64,000 bases of DNA, taken from the human T2T-CHM13v2.0 reference genome, Homo sapiens. Where the stretch lies: NCBI RefSeq assembly GCF_009914755.1, contig NC_060928.1, one strand, 5' to 3'. Position 1 is the stretch's first letter. Every line of letters starts with the position of its first letter. The notes beneath the pieces are model-generated. The model was given only the letters and a program-made list of their open reading frames with translations. It was not told where the DNA came from and searched no databases. Shown here one piece after another: positions 14,710-28,530 of the stretch. The position numbers were made by a program, and so were the translations under genes.

Positions 14710-15062
14710 ATGCAATGGACTTTTTATCTCCCCCCAAAACTCAAATGTTGAAATCCTAACCACAATGTGATGGTATTTGGAGGAGGGACTTTTGGGGGGT
14801 AATTAGGTCAGAAGTGAGGAGCCCTCATGAATGGGATTAGTGCCCTTATGAAAAAGGCCTCAGAGAGAGCTCTCAGCTCTCTTGCCTCCAATAAGGAGGA
14901 AACAATAACAAGTGAGGTGTCTGCAACCCAGAAGAGTTTCCTCACCAGAACCCAACCATGCTGGTATCCTAACCTTGGATTTCCGGTCTCCAGAACAGTG
15001 AGAAATAAATTTATGTTACTTATAAGCCACCCAGTCTATTGCACTTTGTTTAGAAATCTGTA
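14710..15062 (+). mobile_element. MaLR solo LTR (MLT1A/B-like)
   Basis: TGTTGAAATCCTAACC..TGTGATGGTATT..GCCCTCATGAATGGGATTAGTGCCCTTAT..AATAAATTT..TAAGCCACCCAGTCTAT. Confidence 0.8.
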
Positions 15063-16863
15063 GAGACTACCAAGAAGAGGCCAGATAATACACAAAATTA
15101 TAACTTCTCTTGAACCCTTCAGAGAGCTAAAGTCACAGGGCAATAAACTTGAAATCTAAGGAAAGACAGGTGCCTTCAAGCAAAGGCAAGACATGAGCAC
15201 AGGCTCACCTGCATGGAGCAGGGCATGGAGGAAGATGGGGCTCCCATACTAGCTGTTATGAAGAATTCAGCTAAAATTATTAACAAATTGCTAAAGATCC
15301 AGTGTGAGTTAACATGAGCGTACAGAACTCCCGGAAACCAGAGACAAAGGAAGTTTGTATTCACTCATGGTCTCTTCTCCACGAATGAAGGACAGATGAA
15401 ACCAAACTAGCAAGACAGTAGATTTTAATTAAACCATAGCAGCAATTACATTAAATGTAAATCATCTAAACACATCACTTAAAAAACAGAGACTATCAAA
15501 CTAGGTGAAGAAGTGAGATCCAATTTTATGCTGTCCACATGTTTTTCAGGGGCAGGAATAAAAGAAATACTTAAGAATACAGAATATGGGAAAAATATGG
15601 TTTCCCATAATTTAAAATATTTAAAAATAGGAAGTTTGTAATTATTACTGTTGAATATTCAGTTAAAGTCAATGATTCTTTTGACCAGTATACCTACTCC
15701 CAATTTTTCTGGGCAAATCCCAACTATACACCTCTGTCTAGACCTCACATGGGTCTTACCTTGCCTACTTCTCTCATATCATCTTACATTATTCCTGCTC
15801 TCCCTCATCCATGGTGCTGTGGCCATTCTGATTTCCTTTTAGTTCCTCATGTAGGCCAAGCTTGTGCCCTTTCTGGGGGTTCTCATGCACTCTTATTTCT
15901 GCCTGAAATGCTTCCCTTACTCTTCACTCCTTCTCAACCTTTAGGTCTAGGTTCAAATGCTGCACTCTCAGAAAGACTTCGCCAAACATCTGAAGTAGCT
16001 TCTCTAGTCCTCCCCTCATCATTTTTCACCATTACATCCTATTTCCTTAATGAAAGTTATTTGTACTTTTATGTTTGTTTATTTACTCGTGTATTGTCTG
16101 TCTTCCCAACTAGACTGGATGCTCTTGAGGATATGTACAATATGATGTATATTTTTAATACTTCACAGTGTATACCCCAGTATTTAGAATAATTGAAGAA
16201 TCAATTAAAAAGCATTTGTCAGAGCTTATATAAAAAAGAACTAGTCCCTATATACCCAAAGATTATGGCTTTTAATGTCAACTTGTCATTGCTATGTTTG
16301 TGAGTTTCTACTAGAGCAGAACAATACATACTACTATCAAATCTCAAACTGCTCCAGGAAGAAACTAGATTATTTCTAATGCTTTATTTAGGGATCAGTA
16401 ATTCATTTGCTTTTTCTGTATTTGCTTATTCTAGCTATCTAATTGCGGTTCTAAGGAAGATACAAGTTCATCTGAATAAATAAAAATTGCTAAAATAATA
16501 AGTTGTCTTGTGTCCTGGATCTTCTGTCTCATTACTAAAATGTTTATTGTACTCACTTTATTTCTATGATCACCTCACTGTAGCTATCACAATGATTTCC
16601 CAGTAGGAACAGTTAATAGAAGCTGGGTGAAGACAACTGGGGATTATTATATCTTAGCCTTTGGGAGGCATTTCATAGCCGTTTTCCATTTAGAAACATT
16701 CTCAGACCCAGAACTGTTAGTAGAACAAAAGTTTCCATCCCCAAAGTGACTTGTAAGGATAAAAATAATCTTAAACTTTTAATTTTCTCTCATTTGTCAA
16801 AATCAGTATTTTCTATTTTTAAATGTCTAAGACTAGAATAATTTTCTTTGAGTTAAAACACAG

Positions 16864-17284
<421 letters not shown>

Positions 17285-18219
17285 TCAATTCTGATTTGGA
17301 AAAGTCTAACTTTTCTTTTAGCTCTGGTTAGGATGAGTGTAAGGTGGGATGAGTGGGGTTTTGTTTCTGCATGTGTCCACACTAATTTTAAACACACATC
17401 TGAACAATAGCTTTTCATTATCTAAGTCCAATATCTATTGATATCTAGAGCCATACCCCTGATATTGGACTTAGATAATGAATAACTATTGGATATCTAA
17501 GTTGAATATCTTAGATACTGAATATTACTAAAATTTACTAACAATATTAATACTAAATAATACCATCTTATACTTATGCAAAATGTTACATTTGCAGAGC
17601 TCCTTCTCACACGTTTGACCATTACAACTCTCTAAGACAGGCTGGACAAGGAAAACTGGCTCTGGCTTTCAGAGGAGAAGAGGTGTCTAAGTAACCTGCG
17701 GCTTTGCTGCTGAGCAGCTGTACAGCTATGTCACCAGCTCCTTCAGAAGTCAGCTAGGACAGGTGGTTGATAGTGATGGCCAGATCCCACTTCTCATTTT
17801 GTATTCAACCTGGTTATTGCTGTCCTGAGACCTCTAAGGAGACAGTTGATGAGAAAAAGGAAATAGAGAGAGGAATGAGAGAGAAGGAGAAAACATGATG
17901 TCTTTACTTTTTCCTCGTTTTCAAGTTCAGCGAGCCCAGTGATCAGAAAATGACTGCGAAATTGGCCTGATTTTACTAAGTTAAACGATCTGTTTTCCCT
18001 GCATTACTTTATATTATTACTTTATTGCATTATTATATTCTTTCCTTATCATATTACTTTGTATTAGCATGCACAGTTTATTACTGTTTTCCCAAATTAG
18101 AAGAGAGAGCTGAAATGAGGCATAGTGTTTGTCAGCGGATTATTTTTTATTTAGGTTCATTAGGGTCTCAAATATCAAAAGTACCAGAGAGATCATTGAA
18201 CACGGTACTGCAGTGAATC

Positions 18220-18390
18220 ACTTAGCACCATGTTTTCAAACTTGTGTGATTATAAGAATCACCTGGGGCCCTTGCTGAACGTTAAAGGCTCCAGTCCTAT
18301 TCCAGATGCTCGGAATCAGGAACAGAATCTCTAGGAGAGGAGCCAGGGAATTTATGCTTTCAACAAGCGCCTCAGATGATTTCTGTTATT
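18220..18390. mobile_element. MER5-type hAT MITE
   Basis: TTTTCAAACTT..AGAATCACCTGGGG..AACAAGCGCCTCAGATGATT. Confidence 0.6.
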
Positions 18391-19685
18391 CACATCAACT
18401 TATATTACTTGGATCTGTTGGGGAAAAAAAAGCTAACTGAAAACACAGATAAAGCATCTATAATGTCCTATTTATGTGGAGACGTAAGGCAAGCCCAAGA
18501 CATGGTCCTGAGATGATGTTTCTGTTAATAAAAACGACTGAAATAGTTATGGAGCAAGACAAGCACACACTGAAGCACTGCACGGTAGGCACGGACCAAA
18601 ATCATGAGAAACCCCATTGTTCATTCTCCATCCCTAGCAAATAGACTCCGCGTGCCTCCTTGGCATCCACAGCCCTGCAGCACCTGCCTGCCAAAGACAT
18701 TTCTAGAGCCACACCCCACACCGGTTATATTAGAATCTCTGCATGCACCTGGGCATGGCTGTGTTCAGAAGTCACATGGGCGGCTTTAACATGCTGCCAG
18801 GGCTGGGAACCATCACCGTATTACTATTGAGAACTATTATCTCACATAATTCTTAAGACAATCTTACAACATAGTTATCTCTTTTTTAAAATGAGAAAAT
18901 GGATGCTTGGAAAGTATAAGAAGCTTGGTTAGGGTCCCACATCCCGAGAAAACCTGAAATTCCCATCTGGGTCCGCCTCGCTCTATAGCTCAGAATCTTC
19001 TATCATCTCGCATTGCCTCTCCTGCAGGTAATCTTTCCTTCAACACCTCCTAGCTCTTTGACCATACTTTTCTTGTGGAATTCTGGATAGGTTGTGTGAT
19101 GGCAGTTCATATACATGTTCCTTTTTTTCTGCTGATATATTATCTTCTCAGGGGTTAGAAGCCCATCTAAGCCACAGTTATATGCCCACAGTGTCTTTCA
19201 CATACGAGACATTCTGCACACAGTAGATGCTTGTGGGATGTATGAGTTACACATGAACCAGTACTTCCACGTAGACACGGTCTGTGTTAGAACAAAATTG
19301 AACAGGTTTTTATTTACATCAACCTTTCCACTACATTTGTGTTTTACCCTGGAAAAGAATTGCATTCCATTGCAAACAGTCCTTTCTAAAAGTTTAAACT
19401 TCAAATGTAGTTTATATTACATGAAATTTCAAAAGTAGTTTATGTTAAAGTCATACACTGTTCTATCTTAAAGCCTGTACAAATTAGGAACACACTAACT
19501 TTTTCTATATTGGTACTCAAGCTCATATAGCATTCTCAGTTATAATAATCTTGATCTTGGATGTGCTCTGCATAGGAAGGAGGGAGGAGTGAAGAGGGGG
19601 AAGACATTTTAGTGAGAAAAGACACACTGGCATCAGATATAGACAATCATTTTATATCATGTACACAAAAGAAGCTTGCCCTGTA

Positions 19686-20065
19686 CACTAGCCTCCCCTT
19701 ATTCACGGTTTTATTTTCTGCAGTTTCAGTTATCCGAGACCAACTGCAGCCTACAAATAGTAATTGGAATATTTGAGAAGTAAACAACTCATAAGTGTTA
19801 AATTGCAGCTGTGCTGAGTAGCGCGATGAAGTCTTACTCTGTCCCACCTGGGTCATGGATCATCCCTTTGTCCAGCGTATCCACCTTGTCTATGCTACAC
19901 TCTTCACCTGTAAATCACTTCGAAGTCTTAGTTATCAGATCGGCTGTCACAGTATTGCAGTGCTTGGGTTCAAGCAACCCTTATTTCACTTAATAATGGC
20001 CCCAAAGTGCAAGAGCGCTGTGCCCAAGTTATAAATTAAACTTTATCATAGGTATGCATGCATAG

Positions 20066-20105
<40 letters not shown>

Positions 20106-20196
20106 ATATATATATAGGGTTTGGTACTAATGTAGGTTTTAGGCAACCATTGGGGGTCTTGGAATGTGTCCCCTGTGGATGAGAGGGGATTACTAT
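19686..20196 (+). mobile_element. MER44 (Tigger7-derived) element containing a (CA)n tract (~20068-20103)
   Basis: CCCCTTATTCACGGTTT..TCAGTTA..ATCATCCCTTTGTCCAGCGTATCCAC matches recalled MER44; opposite terminus ..GGATGAGAGGGGATTACTA. Confidence 0.8.
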
Positions 20197-20823
20197 ATTC
20201 CATATTGAAATCTTGTCAAAGCAAACGATTTGCAACTTGTCTGTGAGAGTAGATCTAGCTTCTGGATGGTCCAAAAACTTAGACTCTTTAGAAGCTTCTT
20301 ATAAAAAGAAAAGATGCTCACTTGAAGAAGTGAACCTTCAAATTCTTCTGTGAAATGCTTAGGCCAGTTATACACGGTGTTTGAAATAACAACTCCCTCC
20401 CCTAAACTGAACATCCAAAACTGAAATTTTATATTGCACAAGGTCTATCACACTTATTGCCTAGAAACTGCTTTCCTAAAAATTGTGTTTATCACAACCA
20501 GTTGCTAAAAATTTGTTTTGAGAATGTCTGGTGTTTGATTTACCTTACTTTTGATTTTTTTATAATACAAAGATTCATCTGGCTATTTGGATTGTAAACA
20601 ATTACGGGCATGAGGGCCCTGTGTCCTAATTTTGTGAACTGTAATTTCAATTGATGGAGGCAGTCATATTTGTCACTCTCCTACAAACTCTGGTTGGAGC
20701 CCCATTGTCTAGCAGTATTGCTGTCGTCTGTATTTGTATAGTGTGAGGCGGGGAGTGAAGGGTATAGCTAGTAGGAGGACAAAAGCTGATTTAATGGGGA
20801 CTCGATTAAACACATCTCGTTTA

Positions 20824-21225
<402 letters not shown>

Positions 21226-21329
21226 TCACAATAAAACAATTCTCACTTATCTTTTTGTGAAATATTTTTGAGAACACATTCTATACCTATTTATAATAAA
21301 GTCATGTAAAAAGGGAACAATCTAGTCAA

Positions 21330-22310
21330 TCATTCATACTGTGTCTATATTTATTCTACAACACATATGCTCTACTAGGCACTGTGCTAGGCCCTGAATG
21401 GCCCCCAGATTAGAAGGTTTCTGCCTTCGGGGAATGTGCAATCTGGTGGGATACAGATGCAGTGGAACATCTGGTACAGGCATGACATAAGGAGGGGTTA
21501 TACAGGCCGAAAGCTACAGTAATCAACCGGATGAGATGGTTGTTACTGAAAGAAGGCTTGGGGAGAGGCATTTGAGTGGTTTCCACAGGCACAGAGGACA
21601 GTGGTGTGGTGTGGGGAAAAATGGTATCAGGAGCAAAGACACGTCAGGGAAATCGTAAGTAGTCCAGAGGGCGGTACCACTGCCTACGTGTGGAACAAGG
21701 GGAGGAAAGGGAGAGACAACAAAGGGAGAGGAAAGAAATGAAGTTAGCAACTCAAATTGGGATAGGAGATGGTGAAAAGTCATGAATGTTGTGCAAAGAC
21801 ACGCATTTCACTCTCTACAAACCAGTGATGCCGCTGAAGGATTTTTAAGAATGAGAAAGGAGCAATTTGGCATTTTCCAGAGACGGTAAGAATATGCTGT
21901 GTGAATTGGACGGGGGAGCCAAATGTCTAGGCGTGGAGCTAGGAAATCTTGAAGAGGGACAGTAGTAGAAAAAATGGAAAGTGGCAGATGTTGAAGACAG
22001 CATCAATAAGGCCAGTGATGAACAGGATGGCACAAAACAACTCTTTAGAAATATTGGAACAGGTGTCCATTTTCACATGTGGCCTTCAGAATGCAGGCTT
22101 TGGAGGCACACAGACCTAGCGTCAGAGCCTGTCCCACTGCTTGTGATCATCCGCGGGTTAATAAATCTTTTGAAGCCTCATTCTCCTCATTTGCAAAAGG
22201 GGATGTCACTACTGCTACTCTCCTAAAGATTATTGTGAGATTTCAGTGAGTTCGTGCACATAAAAGGTTCCCATCAATGCCTGGCAAGCAAGAGAGTACA
22301 ATAACACACT
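21330..22310. mobile_element. Degenerate L2 fragments followed by a MIR
   Basis: TCATTCAT..AGGCACTGTGCTAGG (L2 end); AAGCCTCATTCTCCTCATTTGCAAAAGGGGAT..TTGTGAGATT (MIR core). Boundaries rough. Confidence 0.55.
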
Positions 22311-24437
22311 TACAACCTCACACACTGCCTTTCAAAATGGTGTTAAAATGTTAAAAGCAGTACAACAATTCACCATTTAACAATACTGATAGTTATTTTT
22401 CTGTAATACTTTTCTGTAATACTTTTTATTCTTTTCCTTAACAAATTTCAATATTCTTATCATTTCAGTGAAAATATTCTGAATTAGGTGTTCACTAAAG
22501 CATAAAAGTTCTTATTGAATAAATAAATGTTCTTATTTATTCAATAAGAATCTACTATATACCTGGCTTTGGGGACACTTGGGATACAAAAATGATTTGG
22601 TTTTACCTGCTGTCCTAGAATTAATTAAAGAGAAAAGCCATAATCAAGTGAAATCATATTTGGTCATAAACTGTTATTGAACCAAATGTCAAAAATGAGT
22701 GATACAAATTAGTTATGAGTTAGAAATTCCAGATAGAATTGGTTTCCCTAATAATAACTGCCATTATATCAAATATATTTACCAATAGCTATTGTAGTCC
22801 AACTCTGGAATGTAAGTACTGCTTTAAAATAAACATTTATAATGTCAACAACTCAAAATTTCAAGCATATGATTAATTATATTGACATACGATTATACTA
22901 TAATAGCAAAATATTTCTTTTATAAACACCTTAAAAGTTTTCGTGACAAAATTATTTTGGTTAGAATTTAATATAAATATGATTTATTCTGTGTTAGGAT
23001 TCAAAAGCTTATTCAATTTAAATAAAAACCATACTCCAGAAACTAAAATATTTCTTAGTAGATATAACGGAAACTGTTTTTGTTGGTAAATCTATAATAG
23101 GAATTGCTTGGCCCAGGTCACTGAAGCATTTTCTGCTTACTTTACTTAGGAACGTTTTTGGGGGTATGTTGAACAGTTTTCATGTTTCATATAAAAACAC
23201 GTCAGATGTGTTTATATGTTTTTGAAAAATGTAAAACAAGGCTTGAAACGTTCCATTGTATGCGTCTGTAGGATACACATTTTGACATATTTTTAAAAGG
23301 ATGTTGGTTCCCAAATCTCATAGGCATATATAAATAAAACAGAATTTAAAAGGTATTACCTTGTTCAAAATCTGTATGAGCAGATCAATCAGATTATAAC
23401 ACATACAATTATAAAATATGGCATGAGAAGAATACAAGAAAATAAAGTATAATACTCTGCAACTAAAAGTATAATATTCTGGAAGTTTACGCCTTTAGGT
23501 ATTAAATGTTTTATATGTGATAACTGAAATAATACATTAATTTTCTATGAAGAAAAACATTGTGTTAGAAAAAAACCAGCTAGACCAAATAATGCTTTAG
23601 AATTAATTCTACAAATTTACTGACAGGAGAGAAACCCTGAGGTTTTATTTTTACCTTGTTTTCTCATTAGACAGTAGAGAACACCAAGTAAAGCTTGACT
23701 TTGACATTAAAGCATTATTTTCCGTTTTAGGCTGAGTGGTTTACTTTGCATCAGGTAAACTAAACTGTCTGCCACGTTTTCTTTGTAGCTAGAGTTAGAA
23801 GTTGGTAATTCCTAAGCCAAGTTCTCAGCTTTGGAAAACGTGCTCAAAATGCCTGGAAACTGAGGAGTGAGCATTAGGAAGACTTCCCCTGTCTGGGCTG
23901 ATAGGAGCGGCTCCAGTTTGGCCAACGCAGGTCGTGCCCCGCGAACAGCGCGCTGCTGAACTTTTCATCCGGACGAGAAAAACGCTCAGATGCGCGCCAG
24001 CTCCAGGGAATGCCGGGGGGTGCCAGTCCCTCGCCTCTCCCACCCGGGACCCATCATTTGTTACGGAAGGGCGATGGGGTGTGTTTTATTTCTGTTATCA
24101 CATATAAAACATTTAAAACCTAAAGGGGAGGAGGCACTCGAGCCTGGCAGCCTCGCCTTCCCTGAGCCCAGTGGCTCTCCTCGGAAAGTCGCTGCGGACC
24201 CAGAGGATGGGACACCTTTAGAGCGGACTTTGTCAAATCTCTGAGCCGCTCCGCAGCCACTTGACGGAGTTGCCGCCGCCCCCGGAGCTGGGCGCCGAAG
24301 CCCGGGAGCCAGCAGCGCCCCGTCCGCCCGCCCTCGCGCGCTTTCTGGCCGCCCTCGGCCCCGGGGCATCCACTGCGTCCCCCCGGACGCCGCCGGAGTC
24401 CCCACCTCGCAGCAAAAGCAAGAATGCCGACACCTAC

Positions 24438-24530
24438 CCTGGTGATGACCAAAGGCTGGTTGAAGTCTATGCCCCCTGAGAGCCTGAAGCCCCAGGGCGC
24501 AGGGCCCGGGAGGATCACCGTCTGGGGCAT
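24438..24530 (-). CDS. PDLIM3: PDLIM3 coding exon 1 (93 nt; [35 protein letters not shown]-terminus)
   Basis: ATG at 24530 in GGCGGCATG context; translation matches the recalled PDLIM3/ALP N-terminus with the PWGFRL PDZ signature; donor AGG|GTAGGT at 24437. Confidence 0.98.
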
Positions 24531-24690
24531 GCCGCCTTCCTCCCGCCCACCGGGCTCTGAGTGTCCCCGCGCAGGGCAGCCACTCCGCGCCGGGCGGCGT
24601 CCTGGCCCCGACCCGGGCGGGGGCGCTTTATCCCCGCTGGGGGTGACGTCACCGCCCCGCCGTCCTCCCCGCCCCCTCCCACCCCGGAGA
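24531..24690 (-). promoter_or_regulatory. PDLIM3: PDLIM3 5'UTR/core promoter: GATAAA TATA-like box (24627-24632), CRE TGACGTCA (24644-24651), GC boxes
   Basis: Motifs seen directly; spacing implies a TSS near 24600 (inference). Confidence 0.7.
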
Positions 24691-25018
24691 GCTCCAACTT
24701 TGGAAGCGAGAGCCGCGCCAGCCCCGCGGGAGTGCGCAGCCCGGCCGGCTGGGGCAGCCTCCCGGGCCGCGGCGGGCGCGGGGGCTTCGGGTTACAGTGT
24801 CCGTCGCTCTCTTGAAGTCACACCTGTCTCCCTGTTTATCTTCTGCTTGGAGCGCAGCAGTGCACTTTGTTGGAAGCGAAAGCAGCCAGACCACAGCCTC
24901 CATGCTTTCAATTAAAACGAGCATCATCGATACAATAAGTTATTCAGCAGTTTCGAGTGCGTTAATATTTACTTACGACCTCTGCGGCTTTGGCCAAATT
25001 ACTTAATGTCCTTTTAAA

Positions 25019-25130
25019 TTTTTATTTTATTTATTTATTTTTCTTAGAGACCGGGTCTCCACTTTGTTGCCCAGGCTAGTCTTGAACTCCTGAGCTCAAA
25101 CAATCTTCCCACCTCAGCCTCCCAAAGTGC
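25019..25130 (-). mobile_element. Alu monomer (FLAM-like)
   Basis: Single Alu arm with T-rich tail. Confidence 0.8.
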
Positions 25131-26104
25131 AGGAGAGTCTGGCCGGGGTCCTGTGGTAGTCTCAGTGTGGACTCAAGTATTTCTGGTGTTACGCGTTGGG
25201 ATGTTGTGATTCCCAAAGGGAGAGGGGAGAATGAGGGAAGAGAAATAAGAAATGCTTTAAACACTCAAGAATAAGGGTCTTGGACTTAATGCCCCATATG
25301 ATAGGGTCGTATTGGTCCAGGAGGACAGAGCTGCAGCAGACTTTTAAGAGGGCAGTCTGTTTGGAAGCAGTTTTAAGACTGATGGAGGAAAGAGAAAGGA
25401 GATGCAGAAAGCAGTAAGCAGTAAGCAGTAAGCAAAGCGAACCAGCCTGGGCAAATGTAAATCACAAAGGTAGGATGGGCATTACTTTGTCCGCTGTGGT
25501 GGATTACATAAAAGTCCCAGGGGATAAGCACTTTCTAGCTCCACACATTTCCCAGTGCCCCATCTATGCTGGACCATCGAGGAGCTGAACATTGTGTGTC
25601 CTGCTGACTGCCTGTTTGGGCTGTGGCTGTATCACTGCAGAGCACATTTCTTCAGTCAGCTGCTGGCTCTGTCTGCGTGGTGCAGACATACACGTGCACA
25701 CACACAGAGGTCCATTCAGAAAAAAAAAATCAGACAAGTCATTTGGTGTTGTGTAATTATAGTAATTGTTTTTACCTTACTTCACGAGCTGGCTTATATA
25801 AACAGCTGATTTTTTCTTTGCCTTTTTGCTGGTCATTTTGGCATCATTTAGATGTAGCCAATATCTATACAATATCCACATAATATCTGATGAGTTCTTT
25901 CTGTTTTTTTTTTTTTTTTTGGAGACAGAGTCTTAATCTGTCACCCAGGCTTGATGAGTTCCTAAGGCTTTGCAGAGAGTGTGGAAAGCAGGGACATGAG
26001 ATGGGCAGTTTTCCTACATCCTGCTCTTCACGGAGACCAGCAGGAAAGTGCTCAGAAGTGACTGTTAAGGTAGAGGTGAGACTAGCTGGGAGGGAGAATT
26101 CTAA

Positions 26105-26510
<406 letters not shown>

Positions 26511-27649
26511 TCATTTGTTTTTTTCTTTGGAAACGGGGACAGTGTTAGTAAGAATGAAGTAATCAACTCTCCTTGGGGTGTGTGTCCAGGTTCTAGAGGA
26601 AGGGGTGTCAGAGGTGGACCTTGAAGGGTAAGAGAATGTTGCAAGTGGCTGGAGTTGGGAGGGGCACAGGAGGGAGGACATTCAAGGCAGAAGAACTGTA
26701 TAGGATGTGCCGTCACAGGGAGGGAAGAAACTGATGACCCATTAGGAAATAGCAAGTAATGTGGTATGGATAGAGCCTAGCCCATTGGGTAGAGACAGGA
26801 GACAAGGATCACAGTAGTCAGTGGCCATATTAGTAGAGAGGATTTCATACGTTACAATAAGGTTTTGACTATTGAGAGCCTTTGAAGAATTGTAAGCAAC
26901 ATGAATAATAATCAAATTTGCATTTACAAGCATCATTCTGGGAGGTGGGAGGCTGAAGCACAGTTGAAGGAGATAACCCAGGGCGTCCCATGAACAATTA
27001 CTGCAACAATCCAGTGGAGGATATCGATTGGGGCAATGAGGATGGAGCAGAGTGGGCAGATATGGGAATCACATAGGGGTTAATTGGCACAATCTGGGGA
27101 CAAATCTCACATGGGGGATTAGGGAGTGGTTAGGAGATTTGGATGGCTCCCAGACTTCCCCGTTGGATTTTACATGAATGGTGGAATTATGAACAAGGAG
27201 AAAATGTGTAAGAAATACAACAAGCTATTTTTGTTTTAATTAGGGAATGGTGGGTTAGAGCACCATTTTGGCCGTGCTGATTTTGACACCTGTAGAATAT
27301 CTGTGCCATATAGTGTACTGGTTAAAAGACTAAAAGATTTGGAGCCAGACTGCCAGTCTGGATATTCTAGATCCATTGTATTTGCTGTGTGATCTTAAGG
27401 CAAGTTATTTACCATCTTTGTTAAAATGGTGATAATGATAGTATTTGCCTCCTAGAGTTACTGTGCAGTTTACCTGAGTTAATAACAAAATACCTGAAGT
27501 GTGCTTGGCACACGCTTTATACATGTAATCATTGGCTATTATTATTATAAGCAATTGGAGATATAAATCTAGAGATCTGGGCTTGAGATGAAGATTTTGG
27601 AATTATAGTAGAATCTATGGCTATAAGTTAGACATTTTTTAAAAAGTGG

Positions 27650-28530
27650 TTGCAAATCCTTTGACACTCTTCAAGAAATGGAGGCTATGTCTTCTCTCCT
27701 TGAACTTGCATAGAGGTGTGACTCTTATATTACTAATGAAATGAGGTGAGACTTCTGAGGCTAGGTCAGGAAAAGCAATGCAGCTGCTGCCTTGCTGATT
27801 GTAACACTTGTGTCTAATGCCTGGTTGCCGTGTAAGAGCTCTGAGGTGCCACGCTGTGGGGAAGCCCGGGCTGCATGAGGAGGTCACATATTGGTACTAT
27901 TATTGGTAACCCCAGACTAGGCACCAGACCTGTGAGAAAAGATTCTTCTTTCCAGTGTGTCTTAGCCAGTTCAGGCTGCTATGGCAAAATACCATAGATT
28001 GCATGGCTTAAACAAAAGGCTTTCATTTCTCACAGTTCTGGAGCCTTAGAGGTCCAAGATCAAGGTGCAGGTAGATTGAGAACCTGGTGAGGCCCCTCTC
28101 CCTCATTTGCAGATGGCTGCCTTCTTGCTGTGTCCTTGAGAGAAAGCTCTATTTAATCCCTTCTTCTTCTTAAAAGGACACAGATCTCATCATGGGGGTT
28201 TCACCTTCATGACCTTATCTAAACCTAATTACATCCCAAAGGCCCCACTGCCTAATACCATCACACTGGGGATTAGGGTTTCAACATACGAATTTTTTGG
28301 GGGGACACAAACATTCAGTTCACGACACAGTCTCCATCCAGTCCTTACATCCCTCTCAGCCTCTGAGTCCTCTCAGCTCAGGCTGCAGACATTGTGGGGC
28401 AGAGAGGAGTCACCCTCACTGTGCTCTTTCTGATTTGCTGACCCGTAGCATCTGTGAGCATAATAAAATGGTTGTTTTCAGCTTCTAAATTTGAGGATCA
28501 TTTGTTACACGGTAATAGTAATAGATACCA
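27650..28530. mobile_element. Older MLT1-type LTR interrupted by a reverse-oriented MLT1A-like LTR (~27957-28322)
   Basis: TGTCTTAG..GGCTGCTAT..AAAATACCATAGA..TCACAGTTCTGGAG..CACAAACATTCAG nested between MLT1-like flanks. Confidence 0.65.

Larger units (their letters stand above)
23880..24830. promoter_or_regulatory. PDLIM3: CpG island spanning PDLIM3 promoter, exon 1 and start of intron 1
   Basis: Abrupt GC- and CpG-rich block against AT-rich, CpG-depleted flanks; boundaries approximate. Confidence 0.9.

Noticed and set aside
23825-24927. Overlapping Pro/Arg/Gly/Ala-rich ORFs on both strands
   Set aside because: Expected from stop-codon scarcity in a CpG island; only the first 31 codons of 24120..24530 are real coding sequence.
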